DNA of 46,695 bases from Halobacteriales archaeon SW_10_66_29. GTDB lineage: Archaea; Halobacteriota; Halobacteria; Halobacteriales; Haloarculaceae. Below, in pieces: positions 22,701 to 31,339 of the stretch. The stretch is taken from NCBI GenBank assembly GCA_003022845.1, contig PXSF01000041.1, positions 1-46,695 on the forward strand. Direction: 5' to 3'. Within the stretch, counting starts at the first letter, position 1. Each line of letters starts with the position of its first letter. A program made the translations under genes and the position numbers. Below the pieces are notes generated by a model. It did not search any database. It saw only the letters and a program-made list of their open reading frames with translations, and was not told where the DNA came from.

Positions 22701-23034
22701 GCTGACGGGGGAGGTCGTCGAGCGCAGCAGCGGCCTCAATCACCACACCGAGATGACCGTCGCAGTCGCTGAGGGTCCGGACGACCCCTGGGAGGGTCTC
22801 GCCGACAAGTGGATCTACGTCGACACGGACGGGGACCGCAACGGCGCCTACCGGATCGAGAACGCGACCGACGTGGGGGAGAGTGACCGCGTCCGGCTGT
22901 TCCTGGGTCAGCAGACGTTCGTCAACGGGCTGGCCGATCCGCAAGACCCCTCGGCGGGCCACGAGTACACCGTCGAGGTCGGCGACAAGTTCAGGATTCC
23001 ACTCGGCGGCACCTGGTCGCGCGACCGAGCGTAG
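19756..23034 (+). CDS. Heparinase II/III-like polysaccharide lyase, Tat lipoprotein
   Basis: NRRRFL plus lipobox VAGC; EGAPNY, GHGHQDTLN, DMGYP and TISHNTVLVDG motifs of the Hepar_II_III domain. Confidence 0.8.
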   Translation: MTANNSSGHSDTGGINRRRFLAATCALGSTPLVAGCNDQEESEASAAASGETTSEEAPDCSQQVVPVGDNAATKTRRTIYTDDRIRNARANIERYDWARAERDAVVSRADAFLDAYTMEEVWHLVTGQQVPRASAVDAERRIGSPTHGPDIYTEHGRYPWEINAVEEPWKVTDPMTGIRYPTNDFQSYLVSGRDNRGFFDPARADDQYLVNETQPDRGPEWGVDDGHGWVDDDGNRFTFVAYYNHFATWSSRQSRFGLSLMAELLGRAYLYTDDRTYARAAAIILDRTADEYPRMDLWPYQTKYGFANSHGGTGKGKILGSEWETRLTSRLVDAYDAIFPAIEEDEWIVEFLADKAATYDIGRKSTPDDVRRNVENGIVRRVRRGVKQAKIRGNFGTHQRSLAKSAVVLDEPEGYTDDTLDFLFRGGDLESTDCGLQLGGGDVLPRLTGVVDRDGHNDEGAPNYHQLALERTRDVADVLDGYDNYDGADLYDHVKVERMHAGQPPLLVLNRFQPSIGDSGRTGNPGVGWMDKETMVDAFDRYDDEAYAQLAYLMNGSSTEELHGDIFDSNPEQVQTDINNVLEADGPLDLSSRTLAGFGYTALRQGSAAESTERAVWLYYGRNSGHGHQDTLNLGIAAHGLTLAPDMGYPAQTGPSPKRINWTANTISHNTVLVDGTRQEYHWVGTPRAFDETERVSVVDVEAPDVYPQTDTYRRTTAMIRIDEETSYAVDVFRVDGGDDHHFSFHGGEGAVSTTGLDTVEQSSGTYAGEDVPKPGKGENTEYNQSGDHEAWGGKRFNNGFNYLYDVERDGSPPDRFSVDWDVADTWGVLPAERDVHLRLTMLCGTDEVALASGDPPDRSGNPGSLRYLVAHRTGSDLRSTFTSVIEPYEDSRAVASVEQVPTDSDRGNASAVRVDLLSGRTDYVVSTTDPDAKYQVDETFEFSGRFAVYSQRHRSSEYAYLHDGDRLAVKGRVLVRNSNPRLTGEVVERSSGLNHHTEMTVAVAEGPDDPWEGLADKWIYVDTDGDRNGAYRIENATDVGESDRVRLFLGQQTFVNGLADPQDPSAGHEYTVEVGDKFRIPLGGTWSRDRA

Positions 23035-23136
23035 CGGTACGTTCTCCATAACTAACCGAACGGCACGAAAATCGCCACGAGACGTGCCCCTGCCTGCCGC
23101 CGTTCGTGCAGGGGAACAGACCCAATCCGATCAACG

Positions 23137-24429
23137 ATGACAGAAACGCTCCATTCGCCGACGCTTCGGGACGTGCTCTACTACGGGTACGATCCCGGGT
23201 GCAGTGACGCGGGACTCCCCCACGCGGTCGAAGCGGCCGCCAGACAGGATCACCTCTCGGCGCCGTACGACAGCCTGGTCTCGACGGTCCAGAGCGCGTT
23301 TCAGTCGGCCGTCGACGCGGAACTGCGGACCCACGACGCTGAGCGACACGTCGTGCCGCTGAGTTCCGGGCTGGACTCGCGGGCGATCCTCGCGACGCTG
23401 CTGGATCACCCCGCCGTCGACCGTTCGGACGTGCAGACGGTGACGTTCGGCACGCCCGGCACATGGGACTTCGAACTAGGGCCGCAGGTCGCCGACGCAG
23501 CGGGCGTCGCCAACCGGACGGTCGACCTGCGGCCGGGCTCGTTCGACTGGTCGATCGAATCACTCCGAGCGTTCGCCCGCACGCAGTCACGGCCGATCCG
23601 GATGTTCGAAGGGTACGTCAACGACGCGGTTTCGCGCGCCGTCGATATCGAGGACGCGGTCCACTGGATCGGGTATCTCGGCGGGCCGACGACCGGCAAG
23701 GACATCAGCGAAACCCCACACGACTCCTGGGAGGCGGCCGTCGCCGAGTTCGTCGAACACGGCCACTACACCAGTCTCGAACCCCCGGGTCACGAGCCAC
23801 GGCGGGCCATCCCGTCCGAACCGTACCTGCCGCAGTCGGCGATGGCGTTCCCGAACCAGCTGAGTTTCGCACACCGCCAGCAGTGTTACATCAGGCCGGT
23901 CGTCGTCGGCGACGGCCCCTGCTGTACCCCCTTCGCTCACCCGGAGTGGCTGGAAGTCATCCTGAACGTCCCGCGTCGCCACAGGGCGAACAGGGCCGTC
24001 CTGACCGACGCGATGGTCGATTCGTACCCGGAGCTGTTCGCTCTCCCGACCGACGCCAGCGCGGGCTACCCGCTGTCAGTCGGCGAGAGTCGCCGCAAGA
24101 TCCGCCGCGGGGGCCACCTCCTCATCGACAGCCTCGCGGAGACACTCGGCAGATCCTACACCCACCCGGACACGAACTACCTCAACTTCGCCCGCGCCTT
24201 CCGGGAGGCGGGTGAACTGCGCCGGACTGCCGAGGAACTGATCGAGCACCTCCAGGAACGGGAGCTACCGGCCGGGGTGAACCCCGGAGCAATCTGGGAG
24301 CGACACCAGGACGGCAGCGACCGCAGCCGCGACATCAAGGTACTGTGTTCGCTGGAGCTGTACCTGAGCGAGCACGAGGAGGCCGCCGTCGGCGCCGACA
24401 GCGCGCCTCGACAGGGACGCCCATCCTGA
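23137..24429 (+). CDS. Asparagine synthase-related PP-loop protein (no glutaminase domain)
   Basis: VPLSSGLDSR PP-loop, TFGTPG, TPF motif. Confidence 0.75.
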   Translation: MTETLHSPTLRDVLYYGYDPGCSDAGLPHAVEAAARQDHLSAPYDSLVSTVQSAFQSAVDAELRTHDAERHVVPLSSGLDSRAILATLLDHPAVDRSDVQTVTFGTPGTWDFELGPQVADAAGVANRTVDLRPGSFDWSIESLRAFARTQSRPIRMFEGYVNDAVSRAVDIEDAVHWIGYLGGPTTGKDISETPHDSWEAAVAEFVEHGHYTSLEPPGHEPRRAIPSEPYLPQSAMAFPNQLSFAHRQQCYIRPVVVGDGPCCTPFAHPEWLEVILNVPRRHRANRAVLTDAMVDSYPELFALPTDASAGYPLSVGESRRKIRRGGHLLIDSLAETLGRSYTHPDTNYLNFARAFREAGELRRTAEELIEHLQERELPAGVNPGAIWERHQDGSDRSRDIKVLCSLELYLSEHEEAAVGADSAPRQGRPS

Positions 24430-24580
24430 ACGGGCGCCAACGCCGGCCACCTCCAGTGGTGTTCCATTGGGAGTTCCCAGTCCCGAATGGCGTATCCAGA
24501 CGCCACAGCCCGCAGGAAACAGCGAGCCGACGGCCGAGCGGACCGCTGATGGCTGTCAGTCGGACCCGCGACCCGCCTTA

Positions 24581-26592
24581 CTAGGTCCGGAAGCCGTTGT
24601 AGCCCGGGATGACGTCGGCGTAGTCGACGGTGGCGTCCTCGCCGTAGTGGTTGTCGTACACGGAGTAGGACCCTTCGGCACCGCCGCTGTAGCTGATCGC
24701 CTCGCCATCGGAGTTGTGGAAGAACCAGTTCTGGTAGACGTCGGCGGATTCGCGGGCGGGGCCGCGCGCGGCGTGGGCCTGCACGTCGGACCCGCCGCCG
24801 AAGCGCTCGCGCGTGGCCTCGAAGATGCAGTTCCGGATGACGATCACGTCGCTGGCGTAGCCGTCGTTCTCGCCGGACTGGTGGGCGTCGCTGGGCCACC
24901 GCCAGGTGGTCGGCGAGAAGTGGTTGTACTCGGAGATGAACCCGGTTCCGGGACCGCCGTCGGTCGTGACGCTGTGGCGGTCGTTCTCGAAAAAGCAGTG
25001 GTTGACCCGGGGAACGCCGCCGTCCCGCCCGGAGTTGCCAAGCACTGCGACGCCGTAGCCGCGGCTGTTCCCGTTGTTGTTGTGGATGAAGCAGTGGTGG
25101 ACGTGGGCCGATCCCCCGTCGTGGCCCCGACACTGGATCGCTGCCGTCGAGAAGCCGCGCACCTCACAGTTGTCGATCTCGACGGGGCCGTACGTCGCGA
25201 TGCCGCGGTCGCCCCAGTCGCTGGTCGTGTCGTCACCGGGGTAGGCGCCGCGGACGTCCAGCCCCGTGATCCGGCCACCGTAGGCCCGGATGTTGTGTTC
25301 CGTGATCGAGGTGTTGTACAGCGTGGCGCCGCTGGAGCCGTCGCGGCCACGGTCGGAGGCGAGGGTGACGCCCGCCGCCATGTCGACGTGCATGTTCGTC
25401 ACGTCGAGTTCCGCGTCGCCGTCGACGAAGATCACGTCGCCGCTGGTCGCGCTCGACAGTTCGCGCTCCAGTTCACTGACTGTCGAGACGACGACGTCGG
25501 CGTCGCTCTCTGTCAGGATGTCGCCGTAGCCGGCGCCGCCGCCGACCGGCTCATCGGACGGCGGGTCGGTGTTGGTCCCCTCGTCGTCGTCCTGCCAGGG
25601 AAAGCCGCTCTTCCAGCCGTCGCCGGTCGCGCCCGGTTGCGGGTAGCGGTCGACGTTCGAGGGGCTGCCGTTGACGTAGGCGTCGGCGGAGCCGTCGATG
25701 GTGACGTCCAGCACGAGCGTGTCGAACTCGTAGGCGTGGCGCTCGCCGGGGTCGACCTGGCCCGCCGCCTTCGTGCCGTCGTCGCTGATCCAGTGGAACT
25801 CCTCCTCGATGACCGCGCCGTCGACCGTCGAGGCGATCATGTTGCCGCCCTCCTCGACTTCAAGGTAGTAGTCGGCGTACTCGCTGCCCGTCCCCTCGAA
25901 CGAGTAGCTGTGCTTGCGGTCCTCGGTCAGGGCCTCCGCGCTGGTCAACTCGTGCGGCGTGATTTCCTCGCCGTCCAGAAAGAGGGTGAACTCCCCCTCC
26001 ATCGGCGCGAAGTCGGTCACGTCGCCCCGGAAGTCCCAGGTGTCGCCTCGTCCGTAGGCTGTGTCGCCAGTGACAGTCCAGGAGCCGTCGTTGTTCTGTG
26101 AGACGCTGTCACTCACGTCCGTCGCGTTCGATCCATCGGTCGTGACGCGGGCCGCCCGCTCGGTAGTGGCGTCGGCGTCGTCACCGGGACGGGGTCGTCG
26201 CCGTATTCGACGGAGACAGTCGCGGGACCGTCGATGTCGATGTGCATGAGGCTCCCGCTGAACCGATAGGTGTCGGCGTTGCGGTGTACGGTGCCGGACG
26301 CACTGTCCTCGCTCATCGAGTCGTTCCACTCGACAGTCGCCCCGTCGTCGAACTCGGCGACGCTGCCCGAGACCCTGAACTCGTACGTAGACTTGACCCA
26401 GTCTTCGCCCCCGTCGAACGTGATCCTGTTCGGATGCTCCGTGCTGTCCGCCGCTGCCGTCGAGGCGCCCAGTGCCCCGGCGAACAGTGTACCGCCCGAC
26501 ATTGCTAGCCACCGCCGCCGGCTAGTATGAAGCCCTTTCCGATCGTTCCGGTCACGCTCCGCCCGAGTAAGGTCATCCTTACCTTTCGGCAT
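24581..26592 (-). CDS. Tat-exported acidic surface protein with beta-sandwich repeats and C-terminal beta-helix; frame break near 26185
   Basis: SRRRWL Tat signal in the 26113-26592 frame; continues in the 24581 frame (GGGAGY, VTLASDRG, IDNCEVRGF, HVHHCFIHNN). Confidence 0.7.
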
Positions 26593-27172
26593 AGCCTGGT
26601 ATCGAGAACATACTTCAAAAACCGTTTCTACGGTATCGTGGCGGTATTCCCGCAGGTGTTTACGGCTGTATGTCGAATAAGGACAGAGTACTTACCAGAT
26701 ACCCAGTATTCTCCTACTGGAATATGTCTCCGGTAGAAACGTCTTACCGGGCCGGGACGCGAAGTATTGTACTCCTACCGGAGCGTGCGGACGACTGACT
26801 TCTCCCACGACTGAAGTCGTGGGGTTCGACCGCCACAGACGGTCGAGGACCCTGCCTCCGCTGTAAGACGATTTTACCGGGCTGAAACCGGCTGTCCACC
26901 TGACCAGTCAGGTGAGCATGTACGTATACACCGTCCAGCACGAACACACCGATCAAGAGTGGTGGAAACTGTTCCAGCGATCCTAGCCGGTGAACGACCA
27001 CTGCTGAAAGACGAGGCTCCTCCAGTCAGCCCGGTGTTCGAAACAGGAACTCCGTACCTCGGGCTGCAGGGTTGATTCACAGGCTGAAATTCCTGGATTT
27101 ATTCGATACACAATGTAATGATTTTGCAAGAATCTACAAGTTATTTAAGCCGGGTACCGTAACGTTGCGTCA

Positions 27173-27457
27173 ATGGAAACACTGCCGTCCTTAGAGCTGC
27201 GGGGGTACGAACTTCTCGCACGATATTCCATGGATAGCGAGGAGTCCGTGGTACAGGGAATCGCGATGGCGTTCGCCAGTCTCGACGTCGACCCCCAGTC
27301 CCAGGAGACAGTGATACACGACATCGTGGACACGGACGCGTTGCGACAGCTCCAGGAAAGTAGCGACCGGCACGTCCGGGTTTCGATGCACCTGTGGGAT
27401 CACCCGGTCGTCGTCACCCCGGAAGACGTCTCCATCTACGGAACCGAAGACGACTGA
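27173..27457 (+). CDS. HalOD1 (halobacterial output domain) protein
   Basis: SVVQGIAMA...DP...IHDIVDTDAL...VVVTP pattern; TATA-like TTATTTAA ~27 nt upstream. Confidence 0.75.
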   Translation: METLPSLELRGYELLARYSMDSEESVVQGIAMAFASLDVDPQSQETVIHDIVDTDALRQLQESSDRHVRVSMHLWDHPVVVTPEDVSIYGTEDD

Positions 27458-27517
27458 TCGTCATTCACTCCGAAAGCGGAGCATAACAAATGCCGTTCTC
27501 CACGGTGCCTACGAGGA

Positions 27518-28786
27518 ATGGCATCTGACGGGAGGGAGCGTGCCGGCCGGGTCGCCCCGGCGCCAGGTGCGGAGTCGACGATCCCGGGTCGACACTACAG
27601 AGCAGTTCCGCCAGCAGTGACGCCGCTCACGCCCGGCGACATCGCGGCCGGGCTCGCCGGACAGGTCCGGGGGGCGGGACGCGACGGCTTCCGGGAGGCA
27701 GTGGTGTCGATGCTCGACGCCGAGTCGGCGGCCACCTATACGACCTACCGGCGGGCGCTCGGGGCCTGTTTCGACGCGCTCGCGGACCGGGCGGACGACC
27801 GGTCGACAGTGCTGGTGCCCGCGTTCTGCAGCACCGACTTCAGGCTGGCGCTCGAGGAACTCGGGCTGGCGTACCGGCGATACGACGTCGAAGGCGATTC
27901 GTTTGCAGCCGACCTCGGCGCCGTCGAGTCTGCACTCGACGACGACGTGCTTGCGGTCGTCGCCGTGAACGTGCTCGGCTACAGCTCGGAGATGGACGTG
28001 CTCGCGCGGCTGTGTCGAGACGCCGGCGCATCGCTGGTCGAGGCGCTCGGCTACTCGCTGGGGGCCAGCTACGAGGGTGAGCGCCTGGGGACGTTCGGCG
28101 ACTGTGCAGTGTGTAACTTCCAGCAGGGCAAACCGATCCCTGTCGGTGGCGGCATGGTCGTCTCGCAGGACCCCGGACTGTCGTTCAGCGACGCGGGACG
28201 GCCAGCAGTCGGGCCCAACGTAGCGACGCTCGCAGGGTACGCAGCGTTCAGCAGGCCACGGATGTACCACCTCTACCGGCGAGGGAAGGCCACGCTCGAC
28301 TCGATCCGCGGCTCGGACGGCCGCATCACCACACACCCCGGATCGAAGGACGACGTCGGCGCCGACCGGCCGCTCGCCACCATGTCGGATTTCCAGGGGA
28401 CTGTCGCACAGCGAGTGCTGACTCGGCTGGATCACCACCGTCACGACCGGGCGCGCAACGCCTCCTGTTACACCGACGCCTTCCGATCCTGTCCGGGAGT
28501 CCGGGTCGTGACCCCCGTCGACGGCCTCTCGGAACACCAGCACGTGCGGTTCCCGCTCGTGGCCGAGAGTGAGGCCCTCCGGGATGATCTCTGCGTGGCG
28601 CTGGAGGACGCCGGCATCGGTGCGAGCAAGCTCTACGAGTGGCCCCCGCTCGCGACGGATCGATTCCCGACCGCCAGCCGCCTCAAGCGGCGCACGATCA
28701 CGCTGCCGACACACCCCTTCGTCGACGAACAGGATCGTCGTACCGCGGTACGGGTCGTTCGAGCAGTGCTGCGTCGCTCCGGGTGA
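27518..28786 (+). CDS. DegT/DnrJ/EryC1/StrS-family PLP aminotransferase (divergent)
   Basis: VLVPAFC, LGTFGD, NFQQGKP (Schiff-base Lys), ITLPTHP; canonical EDAAQ replaced by EALGY. Confidence 0.75.
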   Translation: MASDGRERAGRVAPAPGAESTIPGRHYRAVPPAVTPLTPGDIAAGLAGQVRGAGRDGFREAVVSMLDAESAATYTTYRRALGACFDALADRADDRSTVLVPAFCSTDFRLALEELGLAYRRYDVEGDSFAADLGAVESALDDDVLAVVAVNVLGYSSEMDVLARLCRDAGASLVEALGYSLGASYEGERLGTFGDCAVCNFQQGKPIPVGGGMVVSQDPGLSFSDAGRPAVGPNVATLAGYAAFSRPRMYHLYRRGKATLDSIRGSDGRITTHPGSKDDVGADRPLATMSDFQGTVAQRVLTRLDHHRHDRARNASCYTDAFRSCPGVRVVTPVDGLSEHQHVRFPLVAESEALRDDLCVALEDAGIGASKLYEWPPLATDRFPTASRLKRRTITLPTHPFVDEQDRRTAVRVVRAVLRRSG

Positions 28787-28882
28787 TCGCGACAGCGGCT
28801 GGCGTCGATAAGCACGGAGTAATCGAACTGACAGTTCCATAGCAGCTGAGTAACTATAGGGCCATCACGAGAGGTGGAGGAC

Positions 28883-29050
28883 ATGGGCCCGAGCAAGCGC
28901 CGGACGGACCAACCGTTGCTCGGACGGTGTCCGGACTGTGGACAGGAACTCCTTCGCGAAACCCTCCTGATCAGTTATCGCACCGCGAACGGGTGGCCCA
29001 AGATGTTCGCCCAGTGTCCCGCGTGCGACGAGCCGGTACACCCGGAGTGA
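28883..29050 (+). CDS. CPxCG-type zinc-finger micro-protein (55 aa), absent from ORF track
   Basis: Manual translation MGPSKRRTDQPLLGRCPDCGQELLRETLLISYRTANGWPKMFAQCPACDEPVHPE; GAGGTGGAGG upstream. Confidence 0.8.
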   Translation: MGPSKRRTDQPLLGRCPDCGQELLRETLLISYRTANGWPKMFAQCPACDEPVHPE

Positions 29051-29102
29051 GCGACTGCTCCCTAGCTCTGTTCAGTGACAGCGTGGCGGCGCGCGCCCCC
29101 GG

Positions 29103-29852
29103 TTACAGCGTCGCGAGGTTCTGCCGGAGTTTGATCGTGGCGGTCATCAGCGCCGTGGCGGTCATGATGACGAACACGACCCGGATGTGCAACACGACGA
29201 TCGGTGCAACCCCGAAGGGGACCGCGAGCGCGACGATGCCGACAAGCGCCGCGAACGCCAGCACCGGCAGGAGGTGCCGGACCAGCGAGTCCAGCATCGT
29301 CCCCTGGAGGCGCGACCCCGCCGTCTGGGCCTGGAAGTACCCCCCGCCGTAGAGGATGAACCCGGCGGCACAGAGCCCCTCGAGCGTCGCCGTCGCGGCC
29401 GTCCGCCCGGTGACCCCCACGAACGCGACGTACACCAGGACGGCGGCGGCGAACGCCAGGCGGACGCCGCGGTCCAGCGACGCCGACAGCACCGCCGCCT
29501 GGCCGGTCCCGGCGCGGTGGATCTGCCGGAGCGACAGCGCGAGCAGCAGCGCCATCGCCAGCAACAGCCCGTTCTTGCCCGCGAAGGTGAGCGAACTGAC
29601 GACCTCCAGGACGCCGGCGATCCCGAACAGCGCCGCGAGGGCGCCAGCGTACCGCAGCAACACCCACAGCGTCGCCTGGACCTCGATGTCGGTCCGGGCC
29701 ATGTTCCGGTGGGCGTAGTAGGCGAACCGCACGCCGAGCACGGCCAGCAGCGACCACGCGACGAACAGGATCAGCGTCAGCCCCTCGGCGCCCTCCGCGA
29801 CGGGGAACAGGCCGAACTCGACCTCGACCAGCCCGAGGTCGACACTAACCAC
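29103..29852 (-). CDS. Uncharacterised ~7-TM membrane protein
   Basis: Seven hydrophobic stretches by eye; SD GGAGGT before GTG start; no DxxxK retinal motif. Confidence 0.75.
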   Translation of the reverse strand: MVSVDLGLVEVEFGLFPVAEGAEGLTLILFVAWSLLAVLGVRFAYYAHRNMARTDIEVQATLWVLLRYAGALAALFGIAGVLEVVSSLTFAGKNGLLLAMALLLALSLRQIHRAGTGQAAVLSASLDRGVRLAFAAAVLVYVAFVGVTGRTAATATLEGLCAAGFILYGGGYFQAQTAGSRLQGTMLDSLVRHLLPVLAFAALVGIVALAVPFGVAPIVVLHIRVVFVIMTATALMTATIKLRQNLATL

Positions 29853-29909
29853 GGCGTACCTCCCGTCGCGTCCGCCGGCGGCCGTCCCCGGTCCGGGCAG
29901 CGTGACAGC

Positions 29910-31187
29910 TCATACGTACTCCTCGGCGACGCTCGCCAGTTCCCCCCGTAGCTGCTCGACGGTTTCGTACCGCCGGAGCTTCTGTTTTGCCATCGTCTTC
30001 GCCAGCACCTCGTCGAGTTCGGGCGGCAGTCCCTCGACGACGGCGCTGGGGGCCGGCGGCGTCCCCGAGAGCACCGCCTGCCGGACGGCTTCGAACTCGC
30101 CGGTAAACGGCGGCCGGCCGGTGAACAGCCGGTAGTAGACAGTCCCGAGTTGATAGATGTCGGTCGCGTGGTCGATCCGGCCGAAGCGGTCGTCGTAGTA
30201 CTCGGGGGCGGCGAAGCGCGGATCCAGGCAGTCCGACGGGTCGAAGTAGTGGCGGAACACGGTGATCAGCCCGACGTTGTTCACGAGCGGCCCGCGCTCG
30301 ACGTCGTCGTCGAACCGCTCGCCGGGGTAGCCGACGGTCCGGGCGTCCAGGCCGCCGTGGACGACGCCGCGCCCGTGCAGGTGCGAGACGGCGTCGGCCA
30401 GCGCCAGCGCGTTCCGGAAGGCGACGGCGGGCGAGGGGCGGTCGCGCTCGGCGAGCACCCCCTCGATGAGCGCCGTCGCCACCCAGGGCTGGGCGTCGAC
30501 GCCCCAGTCGAAGACGGTGACGACGTTGTCGTGGTCGCCCGCGTCCGCCCAGCGGCCGAGCTGCTCGGCGAGCCGGCGGTCGAACTCCGGGTACACCTCC
30601 TCCGGCTGGTTCAGGAGTCGGAGCGCGACCGCGCGCTGGTCGCTGCCGTCGCCGACGAGCGTCTCGTAGGTGGTGGCGTACCGGCCGCGGTGGCGCTCGC
30701 CGCGGATGTGGAGGTCGTCGAACCGGCTCCGGACCGCGATGTCGCTGACGTCCCCGGTCCGACGCACCGTCGCCTCCGGGCTCGCGGTGAAGCCGCCCGC
30801 CCCCTCGTCGCTCCCGGCCGCCCCGTCCGCGTCCCCGTCGTCCCGGTCATCCCCGGTGTCGGCCAGCTCCAGGGACACCTCCCCGTCGGTCAGCCGGTCG
30901 CTCAGCCGCCGGATCAGGTACTCGACGACCCGCTCGTCGTCGGTCGCGACCGCGATCCGACAGCAGGCCGCCGCCGCCAGCAGCCGCACCGACTGCTCGT
31001 CGGCCGCCAGGTACCCCACCACGCGCGGGAGCTGGGTGGCCGCCGCGACCGGCTCCTCGATGGCATCCAGCAGCACTGCAGGGGGCTGTGACTCCCCGTC
31101 AGCAGCGTCCGCGCGCCCCTCGGCGGTATCCGCGTCCGAATGCTCGTCCCCCTCGCCCGGCGGGTCTGCCGCGGGTGGTGGTACCAT
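29910..31187 (-). CDS. Ser/Thr protein kinase-fold protein (probable pseudokinase) with helical N-terminal domain
   Basis: [23 protein letters not shown]...LFTGRPPF and KLRRY subdomains; catalytic motifs altered (VALR, HGGLD, NVG). Confidence 0.75.
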   Translation of the reverse strand: MVPPPAADPPGEGDEHSDADTAEGRADAADGESQPPAVLLDAIEEPVAAATQLPRVVGYLAADEQSVRLLAAAACCRIAVATDDERVVEYLIRRLSDRLTDGEVSLELADTGDDRDDGDADGAAGSDEGAGGFTASPEATVRRTGDVSDIAVRSRFDDLHIRGERHRGRYATTYETLVGDGSDQRAVALRLLNQPEEVYPEFDRRLAEQLGRWADAGDHDNVVTVFDWGVDAQPWVATALIEGVLAERDRPSPAVAFRNALALADAVSHLHGRGVVHGGLDARTVGYPGERFDDDVERGPLVNNVGLITVFRHYFDPSDCLDPRFAAPEYYDDRFGRIDHATDIYQLGTVYYRLFTGRPPFTGEFEAVRQAVLSGTPPAPSAVVEGLPPELDEVLAKTMAKQKLRRYETVEQLRGELASVAEEYV

Positions 31188-31339
31188 TCCCGTTACCCAC
31201 CATTGATCGTACGGCGGTATTACCTTTTCCCAGCGGGGTGACTGGCTGGCGCCGCCCCACTGGCCGTACTGGCCGGTTCGTTATCAGATGCGAAATTCGG
31301 GGTGGGAGCTTTAACCGAATTGGATCCGAATCGGGAGTA

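Noticed and set aside
26918-26986. 22-codon sORF MYVYTVQHEHTDQEWWKLFQRS in the long intergenic region
   Set aside because: SD-like sequence is too close to the ATG and belongs to a short palindrome; no other support
29103-29852. 7-TM protein as a second opsin
   Set aside because: No RYxDW helix C motif and no DxxxK in helix G
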